Numbered from the stretch's first letter, positions 42,546 to 53,719 are shown. The stretch: DNA of 64,000 nucleotides from Candidatus Deferrimicrobiaceae bacterium (GCA_963792415.1 CAWBVY010000006.1:800001-864000), one strand, 5' to 3'. A program made the numbers and translations. The notes: generated by a model not told the origin, from the letters alone.

Positions 42546-43174
42546 GGGAAGACACCGACCACGCTCTGGCCGGCGCGGACGCGGTCCCCGGGGACGACCG
42601 ACAGCCGGACCTCCGCCGGAAGGTACAGGTCGACGCGGGAGCCGAAACGGATCATCCCCACCCGCTGTCCCTGGCGCACCGCATCCCCCTCCTTGAGGTC
42701 GCACACGATCCGGCGGGCGAGCATCCCCGCGATCTGGACGTACGTCACCGTGCGCCCCTCGGGCGTGACGATCGCCACTCCGTTCTGCTCGTTCATCAGC
42801 GAGGCCTTTTCGACGCTCGCCACGTGGAACGTCCCCTTGTGGTACCGGACCGACGCCACCCGCCCCGTCACCGGCGCCCGGTTGACGTGGACGTCGAGGG
42901 GGGACATGAAGACGCTGACCCTCTTGCCGGCCACCAAAGCGTACCGCCCCGGCGGGGATTCTCCCGCATAGACGATTCTACCATCGGCCGGAGAAACGAC
43001 GGCTCCCGTCTCGGAAGGCGGCGTCCGGTCGGGGTTGCGGAAGAACCAGAGCGAGAACAGGGCCAGGAGCAGCCCGAGGGCGGCAAGAGGGATCCCCTTC
43101 GGCCAAAGAAGGTACGCGACGACCGCGAACGCCGCTCCCCCGAGGACGAAGGGCCACCCCTCCGGCGCAAGCAT
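42542..43174 (-). CDS. psd: Phosphatidylserine decarboxylase
   Basis: FFRNPDR, SPADG, DVHVNR and FGS cleavage motif. Confidence 0.94.
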   Translation of the reverse strand: MLAPEGWPFVLGGAAFAVVAYLLWPKGIPLAALGLLLALFSLWFFRNPDRTPPSETGAVVSPADGRIVYAGESPPGRYALVAGKRVSVFMSPLDVHVNRAPVTGRVASVRYHKGTFHVASVEKASLMNEQNGVAIVTPEGRTVTYVQIAGMLARRIVCDLKEGDAVRQGQRVGMIRFGSRVDLYLPAEVRLSVVPGDRVRAGQSVVGVFP

Positions 43175-43191
43175 CGGGCCCTTCCCTCCGC

Positions 43192-44211
43192 TCAATTCTT
43201 CGTCTTGTCGACCAGGCGCCCCTTCGACATCCACGGCATCAACGCCCGAAGCCTGCGGCCGACCTCCTCGATCGGGTGCTCCTCGCCGCGGCGCGTGAGG
43301 GCGTTGAAGACCGGGCGGTTGGCCTGGTTCTCCAGCATCCACTCCTTCGCGAAGGAACCGCTCTGGATCTCCTCGAGGATCCGCTTCATCTCCGCCTTGG
43401 TCTCGGGAGAGACGACGCGGGGACCGCGCGTCAGGTCGCCGTATTGCGCCGTGTTGCTGATCGAGTACCGCATGGTGGAGATCCCGCCCTCGTAGATGAG
43501 GTCGACGATCAGCTTGAGCTCGTGCACGCACTCGAAGTACGCCATCTCCGGGGAGTACCCCGCCTCGACCAGCGTTTCGTACCCCGCCATCACCAACGCC
43601 GTGGCCCCGCCGCAGAGGACGGCCTGCTCCCCGAACAGGTCGGTCTCCGTCTCCTCCCGGAAGTTCGTCTCGATGACCCCGGCGCGCGCGGCTCCGATTC
43701 CCGCCGCGTAGGCGAGTGCCACGTCCTTCGTGATCCCCGCCGGATCCTGGTGGACGGCGATCAGTGCCGGCACCCCTTCCCCCTTCAGGTACTGGGCGCG
43801 GACGAGGTGCCCCGGCCCCTTGGGGGCCACCATGAAGACGTTGATGTCGGGACGCGGGACGATCTGCCCGAAGTGGATGTTGAAGCCGTGCGCGAACATC
43901 AGGTACGCCCCCTTGCGCAGGTTCGGCCCCACCGACGCCCGGTAGATCCCCCCCTGGAGCTCGTCGGGCAGGAGCATGACGACCACGTCGGCCTTCTTCA
44001 CCACCGAGGCGGCGTCCGCCACCTCGAAACCGGCATCCTTCGCCTTCTTCTCGTTCTCGCCGCCGGGGACCTCTCCGACGATGACGTTGAATCCGCTCTC
44101 CTTGAGGTTGTTCGCGTGGGCGTGTCCCTGACTTCCGTATCCAAGGATCGCGATCGTCTTTCCCTTGAGCAATTCCAGCTTGGCGTCCTGTTCCCGGTAC
44201 ATTGTGACCAT
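43192..44211 (-). CDS. ilvC: Ketol-acid reductoisomerase
   Basis: GYGSQG, APKGPGH and ETDLFGEQ. Confidence 0.97.
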   Translation of the reverse strand: MVTMYREQDAKLELLKGKTIAILGYGSQGHAHANNLKESGFNVIVGEVPGGENEKKAKDAGFEVADAASVVKKADVVVMLLPDELQGGIYRASVGPNLRKGAYLMFAHGFNIHFGQIVPRPDINVFMVAPKGPGHLVRAQYLKGEGVPALIAVHQDPAGITKDVALAYAAGIGAARAGVIETNFREETETDLFGEQAVLCGGATALVMAGYETLVEAGYSPEMAYFECVHELKLIVDLIYEGGISTMRYSISNTAQYGDLTRGPRVVSPETKAEMKRILEEIQSGSFAKEWMLENQANRPVFNALTRRGEEHPIEEVGRRLRALMPWMSKGRLVDKTKN

Positions 44212-44265
44212 TTTCTCTCCCTCCGTTTTCCTTTCTTCGGAATCCCCGCGTAGGTCCCTCTTCCC

Positions 44266-44742
44266 CTACATCCCGCGGGAGATGGCGATCTTGCCGGTCC
44301 GCACGACTTCGCGGATGCCCATGGGTCGGAGCATCTGCAGGAAGGCCATCACCTTCCCCTCGCCCCCCGTCATCTCGATCGTGTAGCAGCGCGGCGCGAC
44401 ATCGACGATCCGGGCGCGGAAGATGTCGACCAGCCGCAGCACCTCCTGCTTCCCATCCCCCTCGGCATTCACCTTGACGAGCACCAGTTCCCGGTCGACC
44501 GTGTCCACCCCCGTGAAATCGATCACCTTGAGGACCGGGATGAGCTTGTTCAACTGCTTCAGGATCTGCTCGATGATCTGGTCGTTCCCGCTGGTGACGA
44601 TCGTCATCCGGGAGACCTTCGGCTCGATCGTCTCCGCCACGCAGAGCGACTCGATGTTGAACCCGCGACCGGAGAAGAGGCCGGAGACGCGGCTCAACAC
44701 CCCGAACTCGTTCTCCACCAGGACGGAAATCGTGTGGCGCAT
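44266..44742 (-). CDS. ilvN: Acetolactate synthase small subunit
   Basis: ACT domain, ENEFGVLSR and RGFNIESL. Confidence 0.95.
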   Translation of the reverse strand: MRHTISVLVENEFGVLSRVSGLFSGRGFNIESLCVAETIEPKVSRMTIVTSGNDQIIEQILKQLNKLIPVLKVIDFTGVDTVDRELVLVKVNAEGDGKQEVLRLVDIFRARIVDVAPRCYTIEMTGGEGKVMAFLQMLRPMGIREVVRTGKIAISRGM

Positions 44743-44797
44743 CGCGCTATCCTCTCCTTCCGTGTCCGTCGGCCGTCAAACCCGTGCAGCGTTCCCG

Positions 44798-46492
44798 CTA
44801 CACCAGCAGCATCTCGGTCAGCCCCGCCCCCGCGGGGACCATCGGGTAGACCATCTCGTCGGGATCCGTGATCACGTCGATCAGCACCGGTCCGTCGGCG
44901 GCGAACCCCTTGCGGAGAACCTCGGGGACCTCCTCCGGTTTCGTGGCCCGGAATCCCTTCGCCCCGTACGCCTCCGCCAGCTTCACGAAGTCCGGGATCC
45001 GGGGGAGACATGTCTGGGAATAGTTCCCGTCGAAGAAGAGTTCCTGCCACTGGCGGACCATCCCGAGCGTCCCGTTGTTGAGGATCACGACCTTCACCGG
45101 GATCCGGTACTGCACGGCCGTGGCCAGCTCCTGGATGTTCATCTGGATGCTTCCGTCCCCCGCGATGTCGACGACGAGGCGCCCCGGCATCGCCACCTGC
45201 GCGCCGATCGCCGCCGGAAGCCCGTACCCCATCGTCCCCAATCCCCCCGAGGAAAGGAAGGTGCGCGGCCGGTCGTAGTTGTAGAACTGGGCGGCCCACA
45301 TCTGGTTCTGGCCGACCTCCGTGGCGATGATCGCCTTCCCCTTCGAGAGCTTGTGGATCTGTTCCACCACGTATTGCGGCTTGATCTTCCCCTTCGACGG
45401 CTTGTACGTCAGCGGGTGGGTCTTCACCCACGAGGCGATCTGCTTTCGCCACGCGGCGGTCCTTCCCTGGAACGCGGCCACCTCTTTCTTCCCCTTCACC
45501 AGCTTGATCATCTTCCGCAGGACGTCCTTCACGTCGCCCACGATCGGGATGTCGACCCGCACGTTTTTCTGGATCGACGTGGGATCGATGTCGATGTGGA
45601 TGATCTTGGCGTGCGGCGCGAATCCGCTGATCTTCCCGGTCACGCGGTCGTCGAAGCGCGCGCCCACCGCGAGGATGACGTCCGAGCTGGAGATCGCCAT
45701 GTTCGCCGCGTACGTCCCGTGCATCCCGAGCATCCCGAGCGAGAGCGGGTCGGAACCGGGGAACGCCCCCATCCCCATGAGCGTCGTGGTCACCGGGAGG
45801 GAGAGCGCGCGGGAAAGCTCCGCCAGTTCCCCGGAGGCGTTCGACAGGATGACGCCGCCCCCGGCGTAGACGACCGGGCGCTCCCGGGACAGCAGCAGCT
45901 GCACCGCGCTTTCCACCTGGCGCTGGTGCCCTTCGTACGTGGGGTGATATCCCCGGAGGCTGACATCCTCGGGAAGATCGTATCGCGCGGAGGCGGACAG
46001 CACGTCCTTGGGCATGTCGACGAGCACCGGACCGGGACGACCCGTGGAAGCGATGTAGAACGCCTGCTTGATGATCCGGGCGAGATCCTTCGTCTCCTTG
46101 ACGAGATAGTTGTGCTTGGTGCACGGCCGGCTGATCCCGACGATGTCCGCCTCCTGGAAGGCGTCGTTGCCGATCAGGAGCGTGGGAACCTGCCCCGAGA
46201 AGACGACGATCGGGATCGAGTCCATGTACGCCGTGACGAGGCCGGTGACCGTGTTCGTCGCCCCGGGACCCGACGTGACGAGGCACACCCCCGTCTTCCC
46301 GGACGCCCGGGCGTAGCCGTCGGCCATGTGGACCGCCCCCTGCTCGTGGCGGCACAGCATGTGGCGCACCCTCACGTTCTTGAACAGGACGTCGTAGATG
46401 TGGATGGTCGACCCGCCGGGGTAGCCGAAGACGACGTCGGTCCCCAGGTCCGCGATCGCCTTGACGAAGATCTCCGCACCGGTCATCTGCAT
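44798..46492 (-). CDS. ilvB: Acetolactate synthase large subunit
   Basis: [20 protein letters not shown] and GDGS...NN TPP motif. Confidence 0.97.
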   Translation of the reverse strand: MQMTGAEIFVKAIADLGTDVVFGYPGGSTIHIYDVLFKNVRVRHMLCRHEQGAVHMADGYARASGKTGVCLVTSGPGATNTVTGLVTAYMDSIPIVVFSGQVPTLLIGNDAFQEADIVGISRPCTKHNYLVKETKDLARIIKQAFYIASTGRPGPVLVDMPKDVLSASARYDLPEDVSLRGYHPTYEGHQRQVESAVQLLLSRERPVVYAGGGVILSNASGELAELSRALSLPVTTTLMGMGAFPGSDPLSLGMLGMHGTYAANMAISSSDVILAVGARFDDRVTGKISGFAPHAKIIHIDIDPTSIQKNVRVDIPIVGDVKDVLRKMIKLVKGKKEVAAFQGRTAAWRKQIASWVKTHPLTYKPSKGKIKPQYVVEQIHKLSKGKAIIATEVGQNQMWAAQFYNYDRPRTFLSSGGLGTMGYGLPAAIGAQVAMPGRLVVDIAGDGSIQMNIQELATAVQYRIPVKVVILNNGTLGMVRQWQELFFDGNYSQTCLPRIPDFVKLAEAYGAKGFRATKPEEVPEVLRKGFAADGPVLIDVITDPDEMVYPMVPAGAGLTEMLLV

Positions 46493-46540
46493 GGAAAAAG
46501 CCTCCTCATCCTTTCGTCCCCGGGGAACCGCCGGATAGGG

Positions 46541-46573
46541 AAAACCCCGCCCGGGTGCGACCCCGGGTAGGGG
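46541..46573 (-). terminator. Terminator-like hairpin between the DUF465 gene and ilvB
   Basis: CCCCTACCCGGG-GTCGCA-CCCGGGCGGGG then TTTT. Confidence 0.5.
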
Positions 46574-46636
46574 GGGATCCGCCCGACACGGAAAATCGTC
46601 CCGGCGAGGTGGGTACTTCCGGCCGGTCCGCGTTTT

Positions 46637-46849
46637 CTAGGCGTTCAGAATCTGCGCGATCTTGTCCTTCCTGGCGAGTTTCAGCTTCTGGAGCCGCTTC
46701 CGCTCGACTTCCTCGTCGGGAAGCAGGTGCACCTTGCGGTCAAGTTCCTTCAGTTTCTCGTCGAGCTGGCGATGCTCCTCGACGAGCGCCTTGAACTCCG
46801 GATCCTTCGCGATCAGGGCGGCCGTTTTCTCTTCCAGGCTCTGGCCCAT
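46637..46849 (-). CDS. DUF465 (YdcH-like) small coiled-coil protein
   Basis: EHRQLDEK...KLKLARKDKI; GGAGG RBS. Confidence 0.85.
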   Translation of the reverse strand: MGQSLEEKTAALIAKDPEFKALVEEHRQLDEKLKELDRKVHLLPDEEVERKRLQKLKLARKDKIAQILNA

Positions 46850-46882
46850 CGACACCTCCGGCGGGATTTTGGATGATTCCCT

Positions 46883-46910
46883 AGCATAGCAGATGAAACT
46901 CCTTTTTCAA
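46883..46910 (-). promoter_or_regulatory. Sigma70-type promoter (TTGAAA-N16-TATGCT with extended TG)
   Basis: Read directly upstream of the DUF465-ilv-leu run. Confidence 0.55.
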
Positions 46911-46942
46911 AGAACGGGGCCGTCCCGGAACGATTCCCTCCG

Positions 46943-47629
46943 TTACGGGCGGGTAGGCGTCGGCTCCGCGCCCGAGGGGCGGAGGTAGAAGGGGACGGCC
47001 GTGCGGGGATTTCCGGCGCCTCCGTCCCGGAAGATCCGTTCGCCGACGATTCCCACCGCCGACGCACGGGGAAGCCCCTCGTCCCCGGAGACGAGGATCG
47101 CGCGGTCCCCCAGCGCCTCCCGGAACAACGCCCCGAAGGGGGGGACGCCGTCACCGCAGAAGAGGACGCCGCCGCCCGGTATCCGACCGGGGAGCAGGGC
47201 GGGAGCGATGGCCATGTCGGGGGACAGACGGGCGAGTTCCCCGCCGTTCCATCGGAAGAGAGCCGCGTACACCTCTCCCCTGCGGGCGTCCTGGACCGGA
47301 CAGACGATCCGTCCCTCCCCCGGAAATCGATGGGCAAGGGCGAGCAGGGTGGGCACGGGGACGAGCGGCACGCCCCACCCGAAACAGAACCCTTTCGCCG
47401 CCGACATCCCGACGCGCAACCCGGTGAACGCCCCGGGCCCGGCCGAAACGGCGACGGCGGAAACGTCCCCGGCCGCCGCCCCGGCGGTGGCGAAGAGCGC
47501 TCCCACGGTCGAGATGTACGATCCGGACACACGTGGACCCGGGAGGAGAAAGGCCTCCGCCCGGACCACGGAGCCGGACACCAGCGCCACGCTCCCTCGG
47601 GGAGTCGCCGTCTCGAACGCCAGGATCAC
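46943..47629 (-). CDS. tsaB: tRNA threonylcarbamoyladenosine biosynthesis protein TsaB
   Basis: ILAFETAT, GPGAFTGLRVG, DARRGEVY and PFYLR. Confidence 0.93.
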   Translation of the reverse strand: MILAFETATPRGSVALVSGSVVRAEAFLLPGPRVSGSYISTVGALFATAGAAAGDVSAVAVSAGPGAFTGLRVGMSAAKGFCFGWGVPLVPVPTLLALAHRFPGEGRIVCPVQDARRGEVYAALFRWNGGELARLSPDMAIAPALLPGRIPGGGVLFCGDGVPPFGALFREALGDRAILVSGDEGLPRASAVGIVGERIFRDGGAGNPRTAVPFYLRPSGAEPTPTRP

Positions 47630-47633
47630 CGGA

Positions 47634-48698
47634 TCATCGGGACAGGAGCCGGGCGATGTCGTTGTAGAAGACGAGCGCCGTCAGGGTGAGGATGAGCGCG
47701 AGCCCCACCTGGTGGGCCAGGGTGCGCACCTGCGGTGAGATCGGCTTGCGCATCAGACCCTCTACCGAGAAGAAGAGCAGGTGCCCGCCGTCGAGGATCG
47801 GGATCGGAAGCAGGTTGAGGATGCCGAGGTTGACGCTCAGCAGGCCGAGAAAGTAGGCGAACGGGGAGATCCCCTGGCGGGCCTGGTCCCCCGCGATCTG
47901 CGCGATGAGGATCGGCCCCCCCAGCGTCTCGGACGGGAGAACGCGCGTCACGAGTTTCACAACCGTCATCACGGTCAGGTAGATGAGCTTTCCGGTCTCC
48001 TGCCCCGCACGGACGAAGGCCGCCCCCGGCCCGATCCGGCGGTAGACCACCTCCTGCCCCGCGACGATCCCGATCTTCGGTTCGGAGACCTTCTCCCCGA
48101 ATACGGTGCGTCCCTCCCGCATCTCCGGGGCGACAAGGATCGTCGTTTCCGACCCGTCGCGCTTCACCGTGACCCGAAGAGGCTTTCCGGAGCCCTCCGA
48201 GCGGATCTTCGTCGCGAGTTCCTCCCAGGTTGCGACCGCCGCGCCGTCGATCCGGAGCACCACGTCCCCCTTCCGGAGCCCCGCGCGGGCGGCCGGCGTG
48301 TCGGGAGCGATGTCGCCGATGCGCGTGGTCAGGGACGGAACGCCTCCGAGGAAGACGACCCAGAAAACGAGGATGGCGAAGACGAGGTTCCCCACCGGTC
48401 CGGCCGCCACGATCGCCATCTTCACCCAGACCGGTTTCTGCTGGAAGGAGCGCGCCAGCTGTTCGGGCGGGACCTCTTCCCCCTCGCTCTCCCCGACGAG
48501 CTTCACGTACCCGCCGAGAGGAACCGCGGAGAGGAGGTATTCGGTTTCACCCCGACGGAAGCCGGCCAGCTTCGGTCCGAACCCGAACGAGAACTTGGTG
48601 ACTCCGACACCGAGTTTCCGGGCCACGATGAAGTGGCCGAACTCGTGCACGAAAATGAGAATGCCGAGGACGACGATGAACGAGAGGAAATAGATCAC
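47634..48698 (-). CDS. rseP: RIP metalloprotease RseP
   Basis: HEFGH, PLGGYV, PDZ domain and NLLPIPILDGG. Confidence 0.96.
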   Translation of the reverse strand: MIYFLSFIVVLGILIFVHEFGHFIVARKLGVGVTKFSFGFGPKLAGFRRGETEYLLSAVPLGGYVKLVGESEGEEVPPEQLARSFQQKPVWVKMAIVAAGPVGNLVFAILVFWVVFLGGVPSLTTRIGDIAPDTPAARAGLRKGDVVLRIDGAAVATWEELATKIRSEGSGKPLRVTVKRDGSETTILVAPEMREGRTVFGEKVSEPKIGIVAGQEVVYRRIGPGAAFVRAGQETGKLIYLTVMTVVKLVTRVLPSETLGGPILIAQIAGDQARQGISPFAYFLGLLSVNLGILNLLPIPILDGGHLLFFSVEGLMRKPISPQVRTLAHQVGLALILTLTALVFYNDIARLLSR

Positions 48699-49870
48699 GA
48701 TGGTCGATGTCTCCTGTGACGGGATAGTTCGTTCCGCGCCGCGAGGCGCGACTGCGCGTCGGCGTCGAGCACTTCCTGAAGCGACCGGGCCGTGAACGGC
48801 GCCGACCACGCCGACAGCACGCGGTCGACGACGCGGACGATGTCGGTAAACGCGATCTGACCCGACAGAAACGCCAGGACCGCCTCCTCGTTGGCGCCGC
48901 TCATGACGGCCGGCGCCGATCCGCCCGTCTCCGCGGCGGCGTAGGCGATCCGCAGCGCAGGGAACCGTTTCCGGTCGGGTCGCTCGAAGATCAACCCTTC
49001 CATTCGATGCGGCCGCAGACGGGACAGTTCCAGGGGGAGCCGTCCAGGGTGCGAGAAGGCGTATCCGATGGGGATCCGCATGTCGGGGGCCCCCATCTGC
49101 GCCATCACGCTGCCGTCGCGGAACTCCACCATCGAGTGGACCACCGACTGGGGGTGTATCAACACGTCGATCCGCGAGGGTGGGAGGCCGAACAGCCACG
49201 TCGCCTCGATCACCTCGAGCCCCTTGTTCATGAGGGTGGCGGAGTCCACGGAGATCTTCGCCCCCATCCGCCACGTGGGGTGTCCCAGCGCCTGCGCCAC
49301 CGTGGCCGACCGCATCCTGGAGACGGTGTGGGTGCGGAACGGTCCGCCCGAGGCGGTGAGAAGGATCCGGAGGACCTCGTCCCGGCGGCGACCCTCGGTC
49401 GCCTGGAAGACGGCGGAATGCTCGCTGTCGACGGGGAGGATCTCCGCCTTCCCCCGCCGAGCGGCGGCGGTCACGAACTTCCCGGCCATCACGAGAAGTT
49501 CCTTGTTCGCCAGAGCGATCCGCTTCCCCTGTTCCGCGGCGGCGATGACCGGGCGGATCGAGGTGATCCCGGACGCCGCGGCGAGGACGATGTCGACGTT
49601 CCCGGCGCACGCCGCCTCCCGCATCCCCTCTTCCCCGAAGAGGAGGCGCGTCCCCCGCGGAAACTCCTTCCGGAGATCCGCTCCGTTCCCCCCGGAGAGG
49701 CAGACGATGTCGGGGCGGAAAAGACGGGCGAGGCCGGCCAGCGCCCGGGCGTTCGTTCCGGCGCACAGCGCGGTCGCGCGAAACCGTCGCGGAAACCGGG
49801 AGATGACGTCCAGCGCGTTCCGGCCGACGGAGCCGGTGGCGCCCAGCACCGCCACCCCCAGCCGGCTCAC
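48695..49870 (-). CDS. dxr: 1-deoxy-D-xylulose-5-phosphate reductoisomerase
   Basis: LGATGSVG, LANKE, PVDSEH, HPTWRMG and NKGLE. Confidence 0.96.
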   Translation of the reverse strand: MSRLGVAVLGATGSVGRNALDVISRFPRRFRATALCAGTNARALAGLARLFRPDIVCLSGGNGADLRKEFPRGTRLLFGEEGMREAACAGNVDIVLAAASGITSIRPVIAAAEQGKRIALANKELLVMAGKFVTAAARRGKAEILPVDSEHSAVFQATEGRRRDEVLRILLTASGGPFRTHTVSRMRSATVAQALGHPTWRMGAKISVDSATLMNKGLEVIEATWLFGLPPSRIDVLIHPQSVVHSMVEFRDGSVMAQMGAPDMRIPIGYAFSHPGRLPLELSRLRPHRMEGLIFERPDRKRFPALRIAYAAAETGGSAPAVMSGANEEAVLAFLSGQIAFTDIVRVVDRVLSAWSAPFTARSLQEVLDADAQSRLAARNELSRHRRHRPS

Positions 49871-50688
49871 GCGCCCACCCCGGCGATGGACGACAACGCC
49901 GCGAACAGGTAGAGGACCGGTCCGGCCCCGAGGATCCCGTCGGCCCGATCGAGGATCCCCCCGTGGCCAGGCAGCAGCGTCCCGCTGTCCTTCACGCCCG
50001 CCGCGCGCTTGAGCAGCGACTCGAACAGGTCGCCCGCCTGTCCGAAGGCCCCCACCGCGGCCCCGGCGGCGGCGGCGTATCCCGCCGGCACCCCGGGGAG
50101 AAAACCGTGCGCGTAGAGGGCGGCGCAGCCAACGCTCCCGAGGATCCCCCCGACCGCGCCTTCCACCGTCTTGTTCGGCGAGACGGCCGGGGCGAACTTC
50201 CTCCGGCCGATCGCCCTTCCCGTGAAGTAGGCCATCGTGTCCCCCGCCGCCACCGCGAGGATTCCCAGGAGCACCCAGTGCTCCCCGTGGGGAAGAAGGA
50301 GCGTTCGCGGATACATCGACAGAAGTCCCCCGACGTAGACCGCCCCGAGGCAGAGCGTCGCCGCCCTGCGCGCTTTTTCCGCGGGATCGGCCGCTCCCGG
50401 AAGGACGTGAAAGACCGAAAGGAGGACGCAGACGAGAACCGCCGGTACGCCGAAGGAACCCGGGAGCAGCGCCGCCGAAAAATACACGAGGACGGCGAGC
50501 ACGACCCCGCCCGCGCGATCCCGGGCGCCGTGGAGGAACATCCGGAATCCTTCGCCCGCGCAAAGCCCCGCGGCGGCCGCGCACAGCAGCAGGAACGGCC
50601 ACCCCCCCGGGCGCCCGACGGAGAGCAGGATGGAGGCGATCAGGAGCGGGATGAGAACGGCGGCGGTGGCGATCCGTTTCCAGAGCAT
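49867..50688 (-). CDS. cdsA: Phosphatidate cytidylyltransferase
   Basis: SPNKTVEG, GDLFES and KDSGTLLPGHGGILDR. Confidence 0.95.
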   Translation of the reverse strand: MLWKRIATAAVLIPLLIASILLSVGRPGGWPFLLLCAAAAGLCAGEGFRMFLHGARDRAGGVVLAVLVYFSAALLPGSFGVPAVLVCVLLSVFHVLPGAADPAEKARRAATLCLGAVYVGGLLSMYPRTLLLPHGEHWVLLGILAVAAGDTMAYFTGRAIGRRKFAPAVSPNKTVEGAVGGILGSVGCAALYAHGFLPGVPAGYAAAAGAAVGAFGQAGDLFESLLKRAAGVKDSGTLLPGHGGILDRADGILGAGPVLYLFAALSSIAGVGA

Positions 50689-50692
50689 CGCG

Positions 50693-51445
50693 CTATTTCC
50701 CCGGGGGCTTGACGGCCTGGTCGGCGGTCAGCCCGAAACGCCGGTGGCGGCGGGAGTACTCCTCGAGCGCCTGGAGGAACTCCGCCTTGCCGAAATCCGG
50801 CCACAGCACGTCCGTGAAGGCGAACTCGGCGTAGGCGGATTGCCAGAGCAGGAAGTTGCTGATGCGCAGTTCCCCGCTGGTGCGGATGACGAGGTCGGGA
50901 TCGGGGATCCCCGCGGTGTCGAGGCGGGCGGAGAACATCCCTTCCGTGATCTCCTCCGGAGCGATCTTCCCGTCCGCCGCCTCCGCGGCAAGGCGGCGCG
51001 CCGCACGGACGATCTCGTTGCGCCCCGCGTACGAAAGCCCCAGCGTCAAGGTCATCTCGGTATTCCCCGCCGTGGCGGAGACGGTGTGCTCCAGGACCTG
51101 CCGGACGGAGAAAGGGAGGGAGGAGGTCTCTCCGATGACACGGAGCCGGATCCGGTGTCGGAGGAGCAGGGAAAGCTCGCTGACGAGAAACTCCTTCAGG
51201 AGGGTCATGAGCGCAATGACCTCGGGCTCGGGGCGGCCCCAGTTCTCGAGCGAGAAGGCGTACAGGGTCAGGCATGGGATGCGCAGTTCCCGGGCGCACT
51301 CCACGACGGCGCGCACGGAGCGCACACCCATCCGGTGCCCCTCGACGCGCGGAAGCCCCCGCAGGTTCGCCCACCGGCCGTTGCCGTCCATGATGATGGC
51401 GACGTGCCGAGGCAGGGAAGGTGGGGCGCTTCCTTCGGAGGTCAT
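50693..51445 (-). CDS. uppS: Undecaprenyl diphosphate synthase
   Basis: IMDGNGRW, FSLENW and RTSGELRISNF. Confidence 0.96.
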   Translation of the reverse strand: MTSEGSAPPSLPRHVAIIMDGNGRWANLRGLPRVEGHRMGVRSVRAVVECARELRIPCLTLYAFSLENWGRPEPEVIALMTLLKEFLVSELSLLLRHRIRLRVIGETSSLPFSVRQVLEHTVSATAGNTEMTLTLGLSYAGRNEIVRAARRLAAEAADGKIAPEEITEGMFSARLDTAGIPDPDLVIRTSGELRISNFLLWQSAYAEFAFTDVLWPDFGKAEFLQALEEYSRRHRRFGLTADQAVKPPGK

Positions 51446-51999
51446 CAGACCTCCAGGATCTCCTGTTCCTTGGACTTGAGGATCTCGTCGATCTTTTTCA
51501 CGTGGGCGTCCGTCTCCTTCTGGATCCGCTCCTGCCCGCGCTTGACGACGTCCTCGGAGATCTCCTTCTTCTTCTCCCGGTCCTTCAGCTTTTCGATCGC
51601 CTCGCGACGGACGTTGCGGACCGCCACGCGCGCGTCTTCGCCCATCTTCCGGACCACCTTGGCCAGCTCCCTGCGCCGTTCCTCCGTCAGGGGCGGGATC
51701 GGGATGCGGACCATCTTCCCGTCGTTCGACGGGTTCAGTCCGAGGCCGCTTCCCTGGATCGCCTTCTCGATCGGACCGATCATCTTGGTGTCCCAGGGGG
51801 TTACGGTGATCAGGCGGCTCTCGGGGACCGAGAGGGTCCCCACCTGCTGGAGCGGCGTGGGGGTGCCGTAGTAGTCCACCTTGACCCCGTCCAGCAGCGA
51901 GAAGGAGGCGCGCCCCGTGCGCACTTTCCCCAGTTCCTTCCGGAACGCTTCTATGCTCCGCTCCATGCGGGTGGAGGTGTCCTTGAACAGCGCTTCCAT
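51445..51999 (-). CDS. frr: Ribosome recycling factor
   Basis: RTGRA, PPLTEERR and VRNVRR. Confidence 0.97.
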   Translation of the reverse strand: MEALFKDTSTRMERSIEAFRKELGKVRTGRASFSLLDGVKVDYYGTPTPLQQVGTLSVPESRLITVTPWDTKMIGPIEKAIQGSGLGLNPSNDGKMVRIPIPPLTEERRRELAKVVRKMGEDARVAVRNVRREAIEKLKDREKKKEISEDVVKRGQERIQKETDAHVKKIDEILKSKEQEILEV

Positions 52000-52724
52000 T
52001 ACTTCCCTCCGTGGACCACGGTGCCGATCCTCTCGCCCAGCACCGCCTTCAGGATGTTCCCCCTCTTCGTCAGATTGAACACGACGATGGGGAGGTCGTT
52101 GTCCATGCACAGGGAGATGGCCGTGGCGTCCATGACCTTGAGGTTCTTCCGGAGGACGTCGAGGTAGGTCAGGCGGGAGTACTTCTTCGCCCCCGGGTGG
52201 AGCACCGGGTCGCGATCGTACACGCCGTCGACCTTGGTGGCCTTGAGGATAGCGTCGGCGTTGATCTCCATCGCCCGCAGCGCCGCCGCGGTGTCCGTCG
52301 TGAAATACGGGTTCCCGGTCCCTGCCGCGAAGATCACCACCCGCCCCTTTTCAAGGTGGCGCAGGGCGCGCCGGCGGATGTACGGCTCGGCGATCGCGCG
52401 CATCTCGATCGCGCTCATCACGCGCGTCGTGACCCCGGTCCGCTCGAGGACGTCCTGCAGGGCGAGGCTGTTGATGACCGTCGCCAGCATTCCCATGTAG
52501 TCCGCGGAGGCGCGGTCGATGCGGAAGTCCCGGCTGGTTCCGATCCCCCGGAAGATGTTCCCGCCGCCGACGACGAGGGCCACATGTACGCCGAGTCCGA
52601 CGACTTCCCGGATCTCGGTCGACAGGCCGGTGAGGATCGCGTCGTCGATCCCGTACGCCTGTTTCCCCATCAGGGCTTCCCCCGACAGCTTCAGCAGGAT
52701 CCGGCGGTACGACGGTTTCTCCAC
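51999..52724 (-). CDS. pyrH: Uridylate kinase
   Basis: [16 protein letters not shown] and GNPYFTTD. Confidence 0.97.
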   Translation of the reverse strand: MEKPSYRRILLKLSGEALMGKQAYGIDDAILTGLSTEIREVVGLGVHVALVVGGGNIFRGIGTSRDFRIDRASADYMGMLATVINSLALQDVLERTGVTTRVMSAIEMRAIAEPYIRRRALRHLEKGRVVIFAAGTGNPYFTTDTAAALRAMEINADAILKATKVDGVYDRDPVLHPGAKKYSRLTYLDVLRKNLKVMDATAISLCMDNDLPIVVFNLTKRGNILKAVLGERIGTVVHGGK

Positions 52725-52754
52725 GCAACCTCCGCAGGGCGCGGGTCGGAACGA

Positions 52755-53675
52755 TCACCCCTGCCCGAGCTGCTTCGCCACCTCGGCGGCCAGGTCGTCC
52801 GACCGCTTCTCCATCCCCTCGCCCACCTGGAAACGTGCGAAGGCGCTCACCGTGATCGGGCCACCGGCGGCCTTCCCCGCGTCCGCGAGAAACTGCGAGA
52901 CCTTCCGCTCCGGGTCCTTGATGAACGCCTGCTCGACGAGGCAGAAATCGCCGAAAAACTTCTCCAGCTTCCCGTCGGCGATCTTGTCCAGGATCTTGTC
53001 GGGTTTCCCCGAAGCCTTTGCCTGCTCGCGGTAGATCGCCTTCTCGCGCTCGATGACCGGCGCGGGGACCTCGTTCCTGCCGATGTACGTCGGGTTGGCG
53101 GCCGCCACCTGCATCGCGAGGTCCTTGGCCAGCGCGGCCACCGCGGCGTTCGACCGATCCGCGCCCGATACCGCCACGAGGACGCCGATCTTCCCCCCGG
53201 CGTGGATATACGGGACGATCATGCCGGCCGCCCCCGCCGGCGTCTCGAGGCGCGCGAACCGGCGGAAGGAAATCTTTTCGCCGATCTTCGCGACCATCTC
53301 CACCAGCTTTTCACCGAGGTTTCCGCCGTCGAGCGGCAGGGTCAGGGCTTCGTCGACGTCCCGCGGCGCCTTGAAGTTCACCAGCGCGGCGACCGCATTC
53401 GCCCGCCCGACGAAGTCGTCGGTCCTGGCCACGAAGTCGGTCTCGCAGTTCATCTCGACCAGCGCCCCGGAGTTCCCCTCCACGTGGGCGCAGACGACCC
53501 CCTCGGAGGCGATCCGCGAAGACTTCTTCGCGGCCGCCGCGAGGCCCTTCTTCCGGAGGTGGTCGATCGCCGCCTCCATGTCGCCGCCCGACGCCGAGAG
53601 CGCCGCCTTGCAATCCATCAGGCCCGCGCCGGTCTTCTCGCGGAGCTCCTTGACCATCCCGGATGTGATCTGCAT
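52755..53675 (-). CDS. tsf: Elongation factor Ts
   Basis: VKELREKTGAGLMDCK and NCETDFVA. Confidence 0.97.
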   Translation of the reverse strand: MQITSGMVKELREKTGAGLMDCKAALSASGGDMEAAIDHLRKKGLAAAAKKSSRIASEGVVCAHVEGNSGALVEMNCETDFVARTDDFVGRANAVAALVNFKAPRDVDEALTLPLDGGNLGEKLVEMVAKIGEKISFRRFARLETPAGAAGMIVPYIHAGGKIGVLVAVSGADRSNAAVAALAKDLAMQVAAANPTYIGRNEVPAPVIEREKAIYREQAKASGKPDKILDKIADGKLEKFFGDFCLVEQAFIKDPERKVSQFLADAGKAAGGPITVSAFARFQVGEGMEKRSDDLAAEVAKQLGQG

Positions 53676-53719
53676 TTCCCTGGATCTCCCTGATCGTTCG
53701 GGCCGCTCGGGACCCGGAA

